This document shows, in pieces, positions 46,787 to 59,940 of a stretch of 64,000 nucleotides of DNA. The position numbers and the translations under genes are program-made. Position 1 is the first letter of the stretch. The number at the start of each line of letters is the position of its first letter. The DNA comes from Acidobacteriota bacterium. Its GTDB lineage: Bacteria > Acidobacteriota > CAIWXX01. Location of the stretch: assembly GCA_040755995.1 (NCBI GenBank), contig JBFMAF010000035.1, forward strand, positions 64,001-128,000. The letters run 5' to 3'. The notes beneath the pieces are model-generated. The model did not search any database. It saw nothing but the letters and a program-made list of their open reading frames with translations, and was not told where the DNA came from.

Positions 46787-47905
46787 TCAGGCCCGTGGCA
46801 CCGGCGGCTTGTACTCAGCCGGCTGCGAGGCGTGGACCACGAGGACACCCGTGTGCGGCTCGCGATCCACACGGATCGGGTACGGGAAGATCGGAGTCGT
46901 CACGCTCTTCACCGCCGTGACGATGTCGATCTTGTCTCTGTACTTGCCGCCCCACATCTCGGCGACCTCTTTGGAGCCCAGTGAGAACTCCTCGATGAGG
47001 AACACCGCGTCCGCGGTATGCTGGAGCGCCTCGCCTCCAACAGGCATCCCTGTGTCCCGGATCTGGCCCACGCAGATGCAGGTGACCCCGTTCGCGTGGT
47101 TGTATGTCTTGAGCGCTGAGAGGTGGTCGGCGGTCCGGTTCTTGGTGGGGTCGAGCATGTTCAGCGAATCGATGACCACGAAACGAATCGATTCCTTTTC
47201 GACCAGGTACCGGTACTTCGCGATGAAGCTGTCCCAGTCCATACCCTTGTGGTACTGGCTCTCGAGTACGAACATGTTGCCGAGGGCCTTCTCGGCGAAG
47301 GCCTGCTCGTCGAGGGCGGTCACGGCCATGCCGATCTTGGTCAGTCGAGAGCACAGATCGTCCCGGCCGGACCCCTCCTGATCGTGGAAGCCTTCTTCAG
47401 CCACCACGAAGGCGACCTTCTCTCCGGCCAGCGCCACGCGGGCCATGCCTGCCATGACAGTACGCGTCTTGCCCTTGCCGGGAGGCCCTGCGAATGCCAT
47501 GGTGCATCCCTTGGGCACGCCTCCGAGCGCGCTCTTCCCATCCTCGGTGAGGCAGAGCAGATCGAGGACCGATCCGAGCTGGACGGCCTCCTGCGTCTTC
47601 AGCCGCCCTGTGATGAGAGCCGGACGGATGATGGCGGCATCAAGGCCGGGGTCGGTATCGGGTGTGGCTGCCGGTTGTGCGAACGGCATGGCCGCCGGAT
47701 CCATGGCAGGCGCGCCCATGGCGCCGCCCATCATCATCTGCATCATCTGCATCATCGCGTACATCGGGTTCTGGCCCATCATCATTGGAGCGCCCGGCAT
47801 GCCGGCCATCGGCATCATAGGCATGGCAGCAGGAGCCGGCGCGGCGGCGGGCGGCATCGCTGCCTGCTGGGGAGGGCTTTGTGGGGGCGTTGGCTTCTTC
47901 GTCAT
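46787..47905 (-). CDS. KaiC/RAD55-like RecA-superfamily ATPase with Pro/Ala/Met-rich N-terminus
   Basis: GGVPKG, AGPPGKGKT, FVVAEE, FVVIDSL, VGQ, HTADAVF. Confidence 0.88.
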   Translation of the reverse strand: MTKKPTPPQSPPQQAAMPPAAAPAPAAMPMMPMAGMPGAPMMMGQNPMYAMMQMMQMMMGGAMGAPAMDPAAMPFAQPAATPDTDPGLDAAIIRPALITGRLKTQEAVQLGSVLDLLCLTEDGKSALGGVPKGCTMAFAGPPGKGKTRTVMAGMARVALAGEKVAFVVAEEGFHDQEGSGRDDLCSRLTKIGMAVTALDEQAFAEKALGNMFVLESQYHKGMDWDSFIAKYRYLVEKESIRFVVIDSLNMLDPTKNRTADHLSALKTYNHANGVTCICVGQIRDTGMPVGGEALQHTADAVFLIEEFSLGSKEVAEMWGGKYRDKIDIVTAVKSVTTPIFPYPIRVDREPHTGVLVVHASQPAEYKPPVPRA

Positions 47906-48165
47906 TCTTTGCTCCACTTCCTCGTTGCACAAGGTGCCACGGCCTCGTGGGCACCTGCTCTACTAGTATCTCACAACTCCCGCGGGCATGCGCAAGCTCG
48001 ATAGTCCGGGGCTGATGGTGCGCACTGCGGGTCGCTGCGTAGACCCGCAGCCCGATGGGCCGGCTGCGACCGCGCAACTTTGTCCTGGATCTCGTCGTAT
48101 GTATTAGGCTGAGCATGACTCATATCGGCCGAAATCACCGATCAACTGAAGAGATGGAGGGTTTC

Positions 48166-50214
48166 ATGAGAAGGACCTGCACAGGGACCGCGCTGCCTGC
48201 GCTGATGACAGCGCTGTTGATCTCCGGGCCGGCGCTGACGGCAGAGGATACCAGCCCGGCGCTGGACCGGAAGAACATGGATCTTGCGATCCGGCCTGGT
48301 GATGATTTCTATCGCTACGCGAACGGGCAATGGATAAAGAACCTGGTGCTGCCCGACGACAAGAGCCAGTACGAGTCGTTCACCCAGGTAAGCGAGCAGA
48401 ATCGGGAAAGGCTGCGGGAGCTTTTCGAGGGGCTGGCGATGAAGTCCAAGGACGCCCCAAAGGGGAGCGCCGCACAGAAGATCGGCGATTTCTATGGTGT
48501 GGCCATGGACGCCGCGAGGATTGATGCTCTGGGCTGGAAGCCGATCGAGCCGGATCTGGAGAGGATCGCGAAGGCCGCGACGTTGGAGGAGATGCAGGAG
48601 GTGGTGGCCGGCTTCCACCGAAAAGGGTTCCCGGTGATTTTCGTTGCTACCGTGGACGTCGACCTCATGAATGCGAAGGAGTACTCGTTCTACCTTGCGC
48701 AGGGTGGCTTGGGTCTGCCCGACAGGGACTACTACACCAACGAAGACTCTGACTCCCAGAAGATACGCGATGAGTACCTGCGCCACGTGTCAAAGATGCT
48801 GCAGCTGCTGGGAGACGCGCCTGATCAGGCCGATGCCGGCGCGAAGACCGTGATGTCCATCGAGACCCTCCTGGCACGCAGCTCGAAGACGCGAGTGGAA
48901 CTGCGAGACGTCCAGAAGCTGTACAACAAGATGACGCTGCAGCAGCTCCAGGAGCTCTCCCCCGGGATCGACTGGGCCCGGTACGTGAGAAACATCGCCG
49001 GGAAGGAAATCTCGGTATTCGTCGTCGTCTCGCCGGATTTCTACAAGGAGCTTGGCCGCGTGGTGAAGGAGATTCCGCTGGCCGATTGGAAGACCTACTT
49101 GCGCTGGCATCTGGTGAGCTCCTACGCGCCCTACCTGAGCTCGGCGTTCGTCGACGAGAACTTCGGCTTCTTCGGCCGGCACATGGAGGGGATCAAGACG
49201 CTGCCCGAGCGCTGGAAGCGGATGACCAGCCTGGCGAGCGAATCGCTGGGGGAGCTGGTCGGGCAGATGTATGTCGAGAAGTACTTCCCGCCGGTGTCGA
49301 AGAGGCGTATGGATGAGCTGGGAGCCAACCTCAAGAAGGCGATGGAAAGCCGCCTCCGCAATCTGACCTGGATGAGCGAGGCCACCAAGAAAGCGGCCCT
49401 TACGAAGCTGGCCGCCATGAGGGTGGAGGTCGGGTATCCGGTCAAGTGGGAGGACTACACGAAGCTCGAGGTCGGCCGCGAGTCCTTCCTCGACAACGTC
49501 ATGAGGGCAGGCAAGTTCAACTTCGACAAGAACCTCGATCAGCTCGGGAAGCCGGTCGACACGACCAAGTGGGACATGACTCCACAGACGGTCAACGCCG
49601 GCTACAACCCGTTGTTCAACAAGATGATCTTCCCCGCCGGCATACTCCAGCCTCCGTTCTTCTTCGCCGGCGCGGACGATGCCGTGAACTACGGGGCCAT
49701 CGGCATGGGCATCGGACACGAGATGAGCCACGGCTTCGACGACCAGGGGCGCTACTTCGACAAAGATGGCAACATGCGAGACTGGTGGACCCCGGATGAC
49801 GCGGAGAAGTTCAAGCAGCAGACACAACTCCTGGTGAAGCAGTACAGCGCGTTCGCGACCGCCGACGGCGTCCATGTCAATGGCGAGCTCTGCCTCGGCG
49901 AGAACATCGCCGACTACGCCGGCCTTGCCGTCGCCTACGATGCCTACCAGCTGTCGCTCCAGGGCAAGGAGAGACCGGAGAAGATCGACGGCTTCACCGG
50001 CGGCCAGCGATTCTTCCTCGCCTTCGCCCAGCTCTGGCGCGGCAAGATCCGCGACGAGGCACTGAAGCGGAGGATCCAGGAGGACGTCCATCCGTGGGGC
50101 GAGTTCCGCGTCAACGGGGCTCCGTTCAACGTTCCGGTCTTCTACGAGCTGTTCGACATCAAGCCGGCCGACAAGCTGTACAGAAAGCCGGATGAACGGC
50201 CGGCGATCTGGTAG
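48166..50214 (+). CDS. M13 family metalloendopeptidase (PepO/neprilysin-like), secreted
   Basis: DDFYRYANG, LGLPDRDYY, VNAGY, GHEMSHGFDDQG, GENIAD; signal peptide; GGAGG RBS. Confidence 0.96.
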   Translation: MRRTCTGTALPALMTALLISGPALTAEDTSPALDRKNMDLAIRPGDDFYRYANGQWIKNLVLPDDKSQYESFTQVSEQNRERLRELFEGLAMKSKDAPKGSAAQKIGDFYGVAMDAARIDALGWKPIEPDLERIAKAATLEEMQEVVAGFHRKGFPVIFVATVDVDLMNAKEYSFYLAQGGLGLPDRDYYTNEDSDSQKIRDEYLRHVSKMLQLLGDAPDQADAGAKTVMSIETLLARSSKTRVELRDVQKLYNKMTLQQLQELSPGIDWARYVRNIAGKEISVFVVVSPDFYKELGRVVKEIPLADWKTYLRWHLVSSYAPYLSSAFVDENFGFFGRHMEGIKTLPERWKRMTSLASESLGELVGQMYVEKYFPPVSKRRMDELGANLKKAMESRLRNLTWMSEATKKAALTKLAAMRVEVGYPVKWEDYTKLEVGRESFLDNVMRAGKFNFDKNLDQLGKPVDTTKWDMTPQTVNAGYNPLFNKMIFPAGILQPPFFFAGADDAVNYGAIGMGIGHEMSHGFDDQGRYFDKDGNMRDWWTPDDAEKFKQQTQLLVKQYSAFATADGVHVNGELCLGENIADYAGLAVAYDAYQLSLQGKERPEKIDGFTGGQRFFLAFAQLWRGKIRDEALKRRIQEDVHPWGEFRVNGAPFNVPVFYELFDIKPADKLYRKPDERPAIW

Positions 50215-50280
50215 CGGAGGGCCGGATCGAGGCGCGGCCGGCGCAGCCTCGCATGTACATCGGCCGCGGGCCGCGGCTCG

Positions 50281-50838
50281 CTAACTGAACGTGGCGGTGA
50301 ATTCGCAGACTGCATGGCCCCTGTGGACGCAGGCAGTGTGCCGCACGCGCATGTCTTTCGCGCCGAAGATCTGGCCGATCTTCTCGAACCATCCCTCCAT
50401 CAAAGCGCAATGCGTCGGATCAATCTCGGGGAAGTTCCGGATCACCAGACGGGCGCTCCGATCCGTGATGTCCAGCACCTCCAGTTTGCCGCTACTGAAG
50501 TACCGGGGCCAGAAGAGAGTAGCCTTCGGCAGCAATCTCTGGAAGCTGGTAATGGCTGCAATGATCCTGAAAACACCTTGCACATCGCGCTCCGCACTGA
50601 CTCCGCCGACGCGTCTTGCGAGGGACTTGTCGCCCTTCCCGATGGTCTTGTCGACGGCGCAGAGAAGGTGAGCGAAGACGTGGTAGGCGTACCAGAGCGA
50701 AGCGTTGATAGGAGTGGCAAAAACCGCTCGGTCCTCCGCGGGCAGCTTCGAGATGATCGCAGGAATCCCGCCGGGATAGTTCGAATCCTTGATGAACTTG
50801 AGCAAACCCCGGATCGCAAAGCCCTTGATGTCAGCCAC
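50281..50838 (-). CDS. V4R/DUF2378-like hypothetical protein
   Basis: IKG at N-terminus, W..YFSSG, C..MEGW, C..RG..CEF C-terminus. Confidence 0.65.
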   Translation of the reverse strand: MADIKGFAIRGLLKFIKDSNYPGGIPAIISKLPAEDRAVFATPINASLWYAYHVFAHLLCAVDKTIGKGDKSLARRVGGVSAERDVQGVFRIIAAITSFQRLLPKATLFWPRYFSSGKLEVLDITDRSARLVIRNFPEIDPTHCALMEGWFEKIGQIFGAKDMRVRHTACVHRGHAVCEFTATFS

Positions 50839-50925
50839 GGCCACCCCCCTAGAAGACCCTTGGGCCATTATACCAGGCTCGCCGCCGGACCGGCCACTCT
50901 CTTACCACTCGATCTCACTCTCCCC

Positions 50926-50954
50926 TTGACACGGCCTCGCAACCCCCGTATTCT
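50926..50954 (+). promoter_or_regulatory. sigma-70-like promoter
   Basis: TTGACA-17 bp-TATTCT upstream of cNMP-binding gene. Confidence 0.6.
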
Positions 50955-51045
50955 GCCCTCGCAGGTCGCGAGGCAGGTGCCCCGATGACCGATCATATTC
51001 GTTAAATCCATTACGATTTTCCGCGTTCATGAAGGAGGAATCCCA

Positions 51046-51513
51046 ATGGCAGGCGAACAGTTGGGGGCGCAGGATGTATTTCGTTTCTTGAGACCCGAGC
51101 AGGTCGATGCCATCAGCAAGGTTGCCGTGATGGCCAACTTCGGCGCCGGCGAGGCCGTTTACAACGAAGGGGCGAAGGCCAGGTACGTTCACATCATACT
51201 GGAGGGACAGGTGGCGCTTCACCTGCCCGCGAAGGATGGCATCAGCATTCTTGTCGACCAGCTTGGACCCGGCGCGATACTCGGCGCGAGCTCCTTCTTC
51301 GACCTGGACAGCTACATGCTCACCGCGCGTTGTCTGACCGAATGCAAGATCCTGAGAATCGAGATGGCCGTCCTGCGTCGCATGATGGAGGAGGATCCCA
51401 GGATGGGGTACGCCATCCAACTTCGGATCTCTGAGATCTTCTTCAAGAGATACGTAGACGCCCTCCATAAGCTCCAGGCGATCCTGACGAAGATCCCCGT
51501 CGAAGCTCGATAG
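51046..51513 (+). CDS. stand-alone cyclic nucleotide-binding domain protein
   Basis: GEAVYNEG, IILEGQV, LGPGAILG, TARCLT; GGAGG RBS. Confidence 0.88.
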   Translation: MAGEQLGAQDVFRFLRPEQVDAISKVAVMANFGAGEAVYNEGAKARYVHIILEGQVALHLPAKDGISILVDQLGPGAILGASSFFDLDSYMLTARCLTECKILRIEMAVLRRMMEEDPRMGYAIQLRISEIFFKRYVDALHKLQAILTKIPVEAR

Positions 51514-51534
51514 AGAGGGGTAGCGGAACTCAGC

Positions 51535-53610
51535 GTGAAACGTCCCGGATGTGAGCCGCCTCTCGTCTCCTTGCTCGCGCTGATTCTCGCGCCGGCCTGG
51601 TCGGGCACGGCGGCCGGCTCAGCGAGGCTGCCTGCCAGCGCCGCCGTCTATTCGTTCCGGATCGAACAGAGCTGGCTCGCCATGCCCGACGGCGTTCGTC
51701 TCTCCGTCACCTGCTTCATGCCGGCCGCGCGCACGCCTGGCGAACGATTCCCGGTGCTGCTCGAGCTTCTCCCCTATCGCAAGGACGACATGTTCTACCG
51801 GCGCGACTATCCTCTGTACAGCTACTTCGCCCGGCGCGGCTATGCCATGGCCAAGGTCGACGTCCGCGGCACCGGTTCCTCGGAGGGCGTCCTCCCCGAT
51901 CGCGAGTACTCGGAGCAGGAGCTGGATGACGCCGTCGAGATAATCCGGCAGCTGGCGCGCCAGCCCTGGTCCAGCGGCAGGATCGGGATGTGGGGGATTT
52001 CCTGGGGAGGTTTCAACGCGATCCAGGCGGCCATGCGACGGCCGCCGGAGCTTCGTGCGATACTCGCCGTAGACGCGTCCGACGATCTCTTTCACGACGA
52101 TGTGCATTACATCGACGGCGCATATCATGCCGACGAATATGAGCTGTCGATAGACAACGACAACGGCCTCCCGGACTCGATCGAGTACCGCGTCGATGAT
52201 GCATATTTCCGCGACCGGTTCGACCGGTATCCCTGGTTCCTGACATATCTCAAACAGCAACAGGACGGCGACTTCTGGCGCGATAACTCGCTGCGTTTCC
52301 GCTACGACGCGATCCAGGTGCCGGTCTACCTGATCGGCGGACTGCTCGACGGCTACCGCGACAGCGTTCCTCGGATGCTCGAGAACATGAACGTACCGAT
52401 GAAGGCCGAGATCGGGCCGTGGAACCACGCGTGGCCTGACAATGGCGAGCCGGGCCCGAACTACGAGTGGCGCCAAGAGCTCGTGCGCTGGTGGGACTAC
52501 TGGCTCAAGGGGAAAGACACCGGGATCATGGACGAGCCTCGCTTCGCCGTCTTCGTGAGAGCCGGACACGCGCCTGATGCTTTCCTCAAGGAGACTCCAG
52601 GCCACTGGCGATACGAGGACTGGCCGATTCGCCGCACGACCTGGTCAAGGCTCTATCCGTCGGCGGCCAGAAGTCTGGGCAAGGCAGCCCCCGAGAAGAC
52701 GGTGGAGAAGCTGAAATACGTGCCGAGCTCGGGAGTCCAGGCGGGGTTCTGGTGGGGAGAATCCACAGGCGACATGCGCCCAGACGACGCAGGCTGTCTC
52801 GTGTATGACAGCGAACCGGTTGCCGGCAGCATGGAGATCATCGGCTTTCCGCGGGTGAAGCTGCGCGCCGCCGCGTCGGCACAGCTCGCGCACTGGGTCG
52901 TCAGGCTGGAGGATGTTCAACCGGACGGCCGCGTTTCGCTGGTGACCGGCGCGGTGCTCAACGGCGCGCAGCGCGAGTCGAGGCTCGAACCGAAGCCGCT
53001 GGCGCCGGGCGAGTTCTACCCGCTCGATATCGAGCTTCACTTCACAACCTGGACTTTCCAGCCTGGTCACCGTATCAGGGTCGCCGTGGGCAATGCCCAG
53101 TTCCCGATGATCTGGCCCACGCCGCAGCCGATGGACACCTTGCTCGAGCTGGGACCGGCCACGTTCGTCGAGCTCCCCGTCATTCCATCCGAACCCCGTG
53201 CGCGGCCTGCGTTCCTGTCGCCGGAGCCTCGCGAGGAGCGCCCCGACGCGGAGGAGCTGCCGGGTGGAGCGTGGCCGCGCGAATATGAGTGCACGCGCGA
53301 CCTCGCGGGATCCACCACCACGGTTACGTGGGCCGGCGAGGATCTCTTCAAGATCCGGGATCGGCGTTACAGGCTTTTCGAACGCACGACCTACAAGACA
53401 AACGACACACGCCCGGCCGAATCGACATTCGTTGGAGAAGCGGGGCATTGGATCGAGCTTCCGGGGCGGAGTCTCGATCTGCGCACGCTCATCGAAGTGC
53501 ATTCCGACGAGGCCAACTTCCACGTAGTCTTCTCGCGCACGTTGTATCAGAACGGCGCGCGCGTCCGAGAGAAGACGTGGGACGAGACCATACCAAGACG
53601 CCTGCAATGA
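51535..53610 (+). CDS. CocE/NonD family (S15) hydrolase
   Basis: [34 protein letters not shown]. Confidence 0.93.
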   Translation: MKRPGCEPPLVSLLALILAPAWSGTAAGSARLPASAAVYSFRIEQSWLAMPDGVRLSVTCFMPAARTPGERFPVLLELLPYRKDDMFYRRDYPLYSYFARRGYAMAKVDVRGTGSSEGVLPDREYSEQELDDAVEIIRQLARQPWSSGRIGMWGISWGGFNAIQAAMRRPPELRAILAVDASDDLFHDDVHYIDGAYHADEYELSIDNDNGLPDSIEYRVDDAYFRDRFDRYPWFLTYLKQQQDGDFWRDNSLRFRYDAIQVPVYLIGGLLDGYRDSVPRMLENMNVPMKAEIGPWNHAWPDNGEPGPNYEWRQELVRWWDYWLKGKDTGIMDEPRFAVFVRAGHAPDAFLKETPGHWRYEDWPIRRTTWSRLYPSAARSLGKAAPEKTVEKLKYVPSSGVQAGFWWGESTGDMRPDDAGCLVYDSEPVAGSMEIIGFPRVKLRAAASAQLAHWVVRLEDVQPDGRVSLVTGAVLNGAQRESRLEPKPLAPGEFYPLDIELHFTTWTFQPGHRIRVAVGNAQFPMIWPTPQPMDTLLELGPATFVELPVIPSEPRARPAFLSPEPREERPDAEELPGGAWPREYECTRDLAGSTTTVTWAGEDLFKIRDRRYRLFERTTYKTNDTRPAESTFVGEAGHWIELPGRSLDLRTLIEVHSDEANFHVVFSRTLYQNGARVREKTWDETIPRRLQ

Positions 53611-53653
53611 GCTGTTGCCAGCTCGCAACTCCACGGGTATGCTGTCCCACCTT

Positions 53654-55954
<2,301 letters not shown>

Positions 55955-56130
55955 GAACCGTCGTCCCGAGGTTCGGGGAACAAGCTGGTGTTCGAAGAGG
56001 GCGCTCTGCACAGTTCGAGCAGCAACCTCCACTAGTGGACGTGAACCTGTGTGGGGAGCGTGAGCGAAGGCAACTTGCCGCGCTCGTTGGCCATTCCGAC
56101 CGGCATCCTCGCTCTGCTGCCACCCATTCG

Positions 56131-57111
56131 CTACTCCTCGCTCACCCCCGCTTCCTTCATCACGAACTCGGGTGTCCGCGGCTCATCGGGCACGATGAGT
56201 TCCTTCCTGCCGGAGGCGAGCACCCACCGGTGCAGCCAGCTGATGCCCGCGGGGCCATAGTAGCCGTCGGGCAGCTCGTAGGCAGGGTCCTGTAGCGCTG
56301 CAGCGAGCGTGATGAAATCGTAGCCGCGCGCGCGAATCATTCGAGCGAGCGAGTCGAAGGTGTCGGCGTTGAGCGAGTTTGCGTGGAGGAGAAGGATCTG
56401 CGGCGGCTCGCGCCCCAGCAGGACGACCGACTGCCTCTCGTAGTAGTCGAACTTCTGCTCCATGTACGGAATGAACGCGGCAACGATCCTCTCCTTCATC
56501 GCGCTGTCTCCACGTTCGGATCCGGAGGCATACGCACCGGCGAATATCCAGTCGGAGTTGTCGATCGTGACAGGCGCGATCGCATAACCGCGCTTGGAAA
56601 GGAACTCTGCGAGGGCGCGTCTTGTCTCTACGTCGCGGCCGGTGTGCAGCATCGGATGCCGGAAGTACCGCAGCTTCTGTCCGTGTTCCCCAGCGAGCCG
56701 ACCTAGAACGGTCTCCCCGCGCACGATGTCTTGCTCGTAGTCCGCCAGCTTGGTCGCGTGCAGGTCGGAGTGCGAATACGTGTGATTGCCGAGCTCAAGG
56801 CCCGCGTCCAGCCACATCTGGAGAAGTGCAATACGCGTCTCATCGAGCTTTCCCTGCGGGTAGAGCTTGCCCTCGTTTACAAACCCGACGGCTGGCAGCT
56901 TCTCGGATGTGACGGCCGCCAGCAACCGGCGCGTCATGTTCCGGCGCCCGTCCGCATCGTCAGGTCTCACGCTGACGGTAGGCAGGTCGTCGAACGTCAC
57001 TGCAACCCGCCGGTGCGCCGGAAGTAAGGCCTTCTGGGGCTCCGGTTGGGCAAAGCACAGCAGGCCGGCCACCAGAGAGCACACCATGAGAGCACCGGCC
57101 GGCGCGCGCAT
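56131..57111 (-). CDS. polysaccharide deacetylase (CE4) family protein
   Basis: VTFDDLP, GNHTYSH, YFRHP, ILLLHAN; signal peptide. Confidence 0.92.
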   Translation of the reverse strand: MRAPAGALMVCSLVAGLLCFAQPEPQKALLPAHRRVAVTFDDLPTVSVRPDDADGRRNMTRRLLAAVTSEKLPAVGFVNEGKLYPQGKLDETRIALLQMWLDAGLELGNHTYSHSDLHATKLADYEQDIVRGETVLGRLAGEHGQKLRYFRHPMLHTGRDVETRRALAEFLSKRGYAIAPVTIDNSDWIFAGAYASGSERGDSAMKERIVAAFIPYMEQKFDYYERQSVVLLGREPPQILLLHANSLNADTFDSLARMIRARGYDFITLAAALQDPAYELPDGYYGPAGISWLHRWVLASGRKELIVPDEPRTPEFVMKEAGVSEE

Positions 57112-57121
57112 CGTCGAATGC

Positions 57122-57712
57122 TCAGTGCTTGCCACTCTGACCTTCCGTCGAAGGAACCAGAAGATCGCGTGCAAGAGCTATGTACGATCGCCGGGAGCGC
57201 TCACCCTGGAGCCATGAGGGGTCTGCCGAGACCAGGCTCACGAAGCCCAGCCACGCCGTATAGGCCAGGGTCGCTCGATAGCTGGCCTGGGGGTCGCGAT
57301 ACCCCATCTGGCGATAGGCGCGCCCGGCGAACTCGATCCAGAGGCGGTGGTGCTGCCGCAGCCACTTCGCCACTCGAGGATCGGAGGCGGAGGTCGCCAG
57401 CGCCAGGTCGATCGATCCGATGAGAGCCGACGCCGGGGACGGCTTCATGAGCGTGCGGAGCCTCTCGCGCGGATCCCCGATCCCCTCCAGCCTGGCGATC
57501 GACTCGCGCGTCTCCTCCACGGCCCATCGCTCCAACGCCGCATCGATCAAAGCGTCCACGTCCTTGAAATGCCAGTAGAAGCTCCCCTTGGTCACGCCGA
57601 GCTGCTTCGCCAGGGGCTCCACCGCAATCCCCGCCAGACCACGCTCGCCCAGGGCGCTCAGCGCCGCCCGGATCCAGTCATACCGAGTCAGCCGTTTTCT
57701 CTTGGCCGCCAT
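57122..57712 (-). CDS. TetR/AcrR family regulator
   Basis: VEPLAKQLGVTKGSFYWHF HTH. Confidence 0.95.
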   Translation of the reverse strand: MAAKRKRLTRYDWIRAALSALGERGLAGIAVEPLAKQLGVTKGSFYWHFKDVDALIDAALERWAVEETRESIARLEGIGDPRERLRTLMKPSPASALIGSIDLALATSASDPRVAKWLRQHHRLWIEFAGRAYRQMGYRDPQASYRATLAYTAWLGFVSLVSADPSWLQGERSRRSYIALARDLLVPSTEGQSGKH

Positions 57713-57724
57713 TCGGGGCTCCTT

Positions 57725-57782
57725 CCATACGCATGCGTATTGACAACCGCTCGCGATCATCATACCATACTTATGCGTATGG
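57725..57782. promoter_or_regulatory. two TetR-type operators overlapping a sigma-70 promoter
   Basis: CCATACGCATGCGTATTG (57725) and CCATACTTATGCGTATGG (57765); TTGACA(57740)-17 bp-TACCAT(57763). Confidence 0.8.
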
Positions 57783-57832
57783 TCAAAGCGCAAAGGGGTT
57801 GCACGGAGTTCCGAGGGCATGAGTGAGCGGAG

Positions 57833-58369
57833 GTGATGGTCGGCATGACGTGGGGCAAGAGTCTCTTTCGAAGCCGGCGTTTCCGGTGGTTTGCAGGAGT
57901 GAGTGCCATGGTGATGATCGGGGTTGTGGTGGTAGCGGCGATTGGTCCCGGGGAAGTCGAGCGGGTGGCAGTTGACCCGCAGAGCGCCGTCGCACCGTTC
58001 CTGAACGGTTGCGACTACTGGGACAGCTACCGCATGCTGGTAGCCGGAGTGGACCCGGCGGACTCAGCCTTCCTGGACGCCATCGCGTTTCAGCGTGGCG
58101 ACCTCGTGGCGGAGAGACCGGGTGAACGCGTGTACCGGGGGCCTGCGCCGGGCCTCGTCTTCTACGTGTCGTATGCCTGCAGTGCCGCAGGCCAGGGCAT
58201 GGCGGCCGTCCAGATGTCCACCGTCGTCCGCACCAACAGCCGGAAGGGGCGCGTGTACTTCTTCTTTGTACGACCGGTGCACCGCCTGCTGATGCCGTGG
58301 GCGCTACGGCACTTCGTGCTGAAGGCGGTGCTCGCGCGAGGCGGTCGCTCTAGTGGAAGATCTCGTTGA
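57833..58369 (+). CDS. DUF2867-like protein
   Basis: DYWDSY, STVV..GRVYFFFVRPVHRLLM; divergent from TetR. Confidence 0.7.
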   Translation: MMVGMTWGKSLFRSRRFRWFAGVSAMVMIGVVVVAAIGPGEVERVAVDPQSAVAPFLNGCDYWDSYRMLVAGVDPADSAFLDAIAFQRGDLVAERPGERVYRGPAPGLVFYVSYACSAAGQGMAAVQMSTVVRTNSRKGRVYFFFVRPVHRLLMPWALRHFVLKAVLARGGRSSGRSR

Positions 58370-58469
58370 AAAAGGTCTTCATATATTCCCAGGAGCGTCG
58401 ATCGGCCTTCTCATTGTAAGCAGTACCCTTCGAAAGACCTCCCATCAGCCGAGGTCAGCAGCATGTATT

Positions 58470-58904
58470 TCATCCGGACCACCCCTTCTCAAGATCGGCC
58501 CGCAGCCGCGCCTCCTGCTCTCGGAGCTCGGGAGTGAAGTTCTCACCGAAATCCTCGGCTTCGAAGACCTGACGAATCTCGATCTCCGACTCCTCTCCCG
58601 GCATGGGATTCGGGCTGCGCTTCACCCATTCGATCGCCTCCTGCAGCGACTCGCACTTCCAGAGCCAGAAGCCCGCAACCAGCTGCCTGGTCTCCGCAAA
58701 TGGCCCGTGAACTACCGTCCGTTTCTCGCCGGAAAACCTGACCCGTGCGCCCTTCGAGCTGGGTTGAAGCCCCTCGCCCGCGAGCAGTACACCGGCCCTG
58801 GCCAGCTCTTCGTTGAATTTCATCATCTCGGCAAGCGATTCCTTGCTCGGGAGGACTCCCGCCTCGTCGGCCTTGCCGGCTTTGACGATCACCATGAATC
58901 TCAT
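58470..58904 (-). CDS. YciI family (DGPF-type) protein
   Basis: AGEGLQPSS, GPFAETRQLVAGFW, IEIRQVFE. Confidence 0.92.
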   Translation of the reverse strand: MRFMVIVKAGKADEAGVLPSKESLAEMMKFNEELARAGVLLAGEGLQPSSKGARVRFSGEKRTVVHGPFAETRQLVAGFWLWKCESLQEAIEWVKRSPNPMPGEESEIEIRQVFEAEDFGENFTPELREQEARLRADLEKGWSG

Positions 58905-59256
58905 TGTGGTGTCCCCTTAGTTGTTTGTATTGTTCTGTCGTTCATGAAATCGTGTGTGCGCAGTCGCCGCTCTGTGCAAATCGCAGAGCGTCGTACGGCA
59001 CCATGCTTGATGGCATGGTGTTCATGACCGAGTCCGGTTCGGTTGGTGTCTTGAGGACTCGTATTCTAAACCCTGGTTACTCAAGGCCTCATGCGCGACT
59101 GCCCTGCTAGAGCATCGCAGATGTGGGCAAGGTGTTCAAGGTGTGCGTGGGCGCCCGCAGGTGCCATAGGCACTTAGCGGTGTTTGACACAGTCGGGCCG
59201 CCGGGCGTATCGTTCCGGATAGAGTCATGCGAACTGGTCGGAAGGTGGCTTCTTGA

Positions 59257-59838
59257 TTGTTCGAGGAGGGGGCAACCGCCAAGCCTCTGACATGCCCGGA
59301 GGCGCGGAGACACCGGCCGCGCATTCACGGAGGTGTTGCGTGCGATTTCGGCGTCCCAGCCATGAGTCCATTTCATCCGGAGTTCTGTTGTCAATTCTTT
59401 GCATTGCGCTGGTTCTGCTCAAACCGGCGGAAGCGGGCGAGCGGCGATACATCGAGGCCGATCGCGGGCGCCACCTCGATGCAGTACACGACGACGCCGT
59501 CGAGCCGCGGCACCCATGACTACTGGGTCAGGGCGGCGAATATGTGCGGGGTTGCCGACAGCAACACCGCGACCATAACCGCCGGCCCGCTGATCACGTC
59601 CATTCATTCCAAGTCGGCAACACCCGGCTCTGTGGCATACATCTTCGGCCGCGGGTTCTCCACCAAAAGCCGGCGCAACACTGTCTTCGTCGGTGGCGTG
59701 GCGGTCACCGGCAGCGTTCGGGCTCTATCATCGAATCGACTCCAGTTCGTCATCCCCGACGTGCCCCCGGGAATGGTAAACGTGCACGTCGAGGTTAGGG
59801 GAGTCCGTTCCAACACGGTGAAATTCGAGGTGAGGTAG
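59257..59838 (+). pseudogene. C-terminal fragment (half Ig repeat plus IPT/TIG) of a secreted protein
   Basis: YWVRAANMCGVADSNTATIT and IFGRGFS..SNTVKF match the C-terminus of 23712..26081; similarity starts near 59460; no signal peptide. Confidence 0.7.
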
Positions 59839-59940
59839 ACTGCCCCTGGAGCGCCGTCTCGACGCAGGATTGAGGGCGGCCTCGGGGGCGATGTAGCGCA
59901 CTATGCCCGCTGTGCCCGCCCTCGCCGCTCGGCTGGGAGC

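Noticed and set aside
46787..47905. Calling the ATPase kaiC, recA or radA
   Set aside because: Single domain, no RadA zinc finger or Lon-like domain, no RecA signature; only superfamily-level support
47925..47940. sigma-54-like TGGCAC upstream of the KaiC-like gene
   Set aside because: GG-to-GC spacing is 8 rather than the required 10
55956..55980. Intrinsic terminator after tex
   Set aside because: Only a short stem and no U-tract
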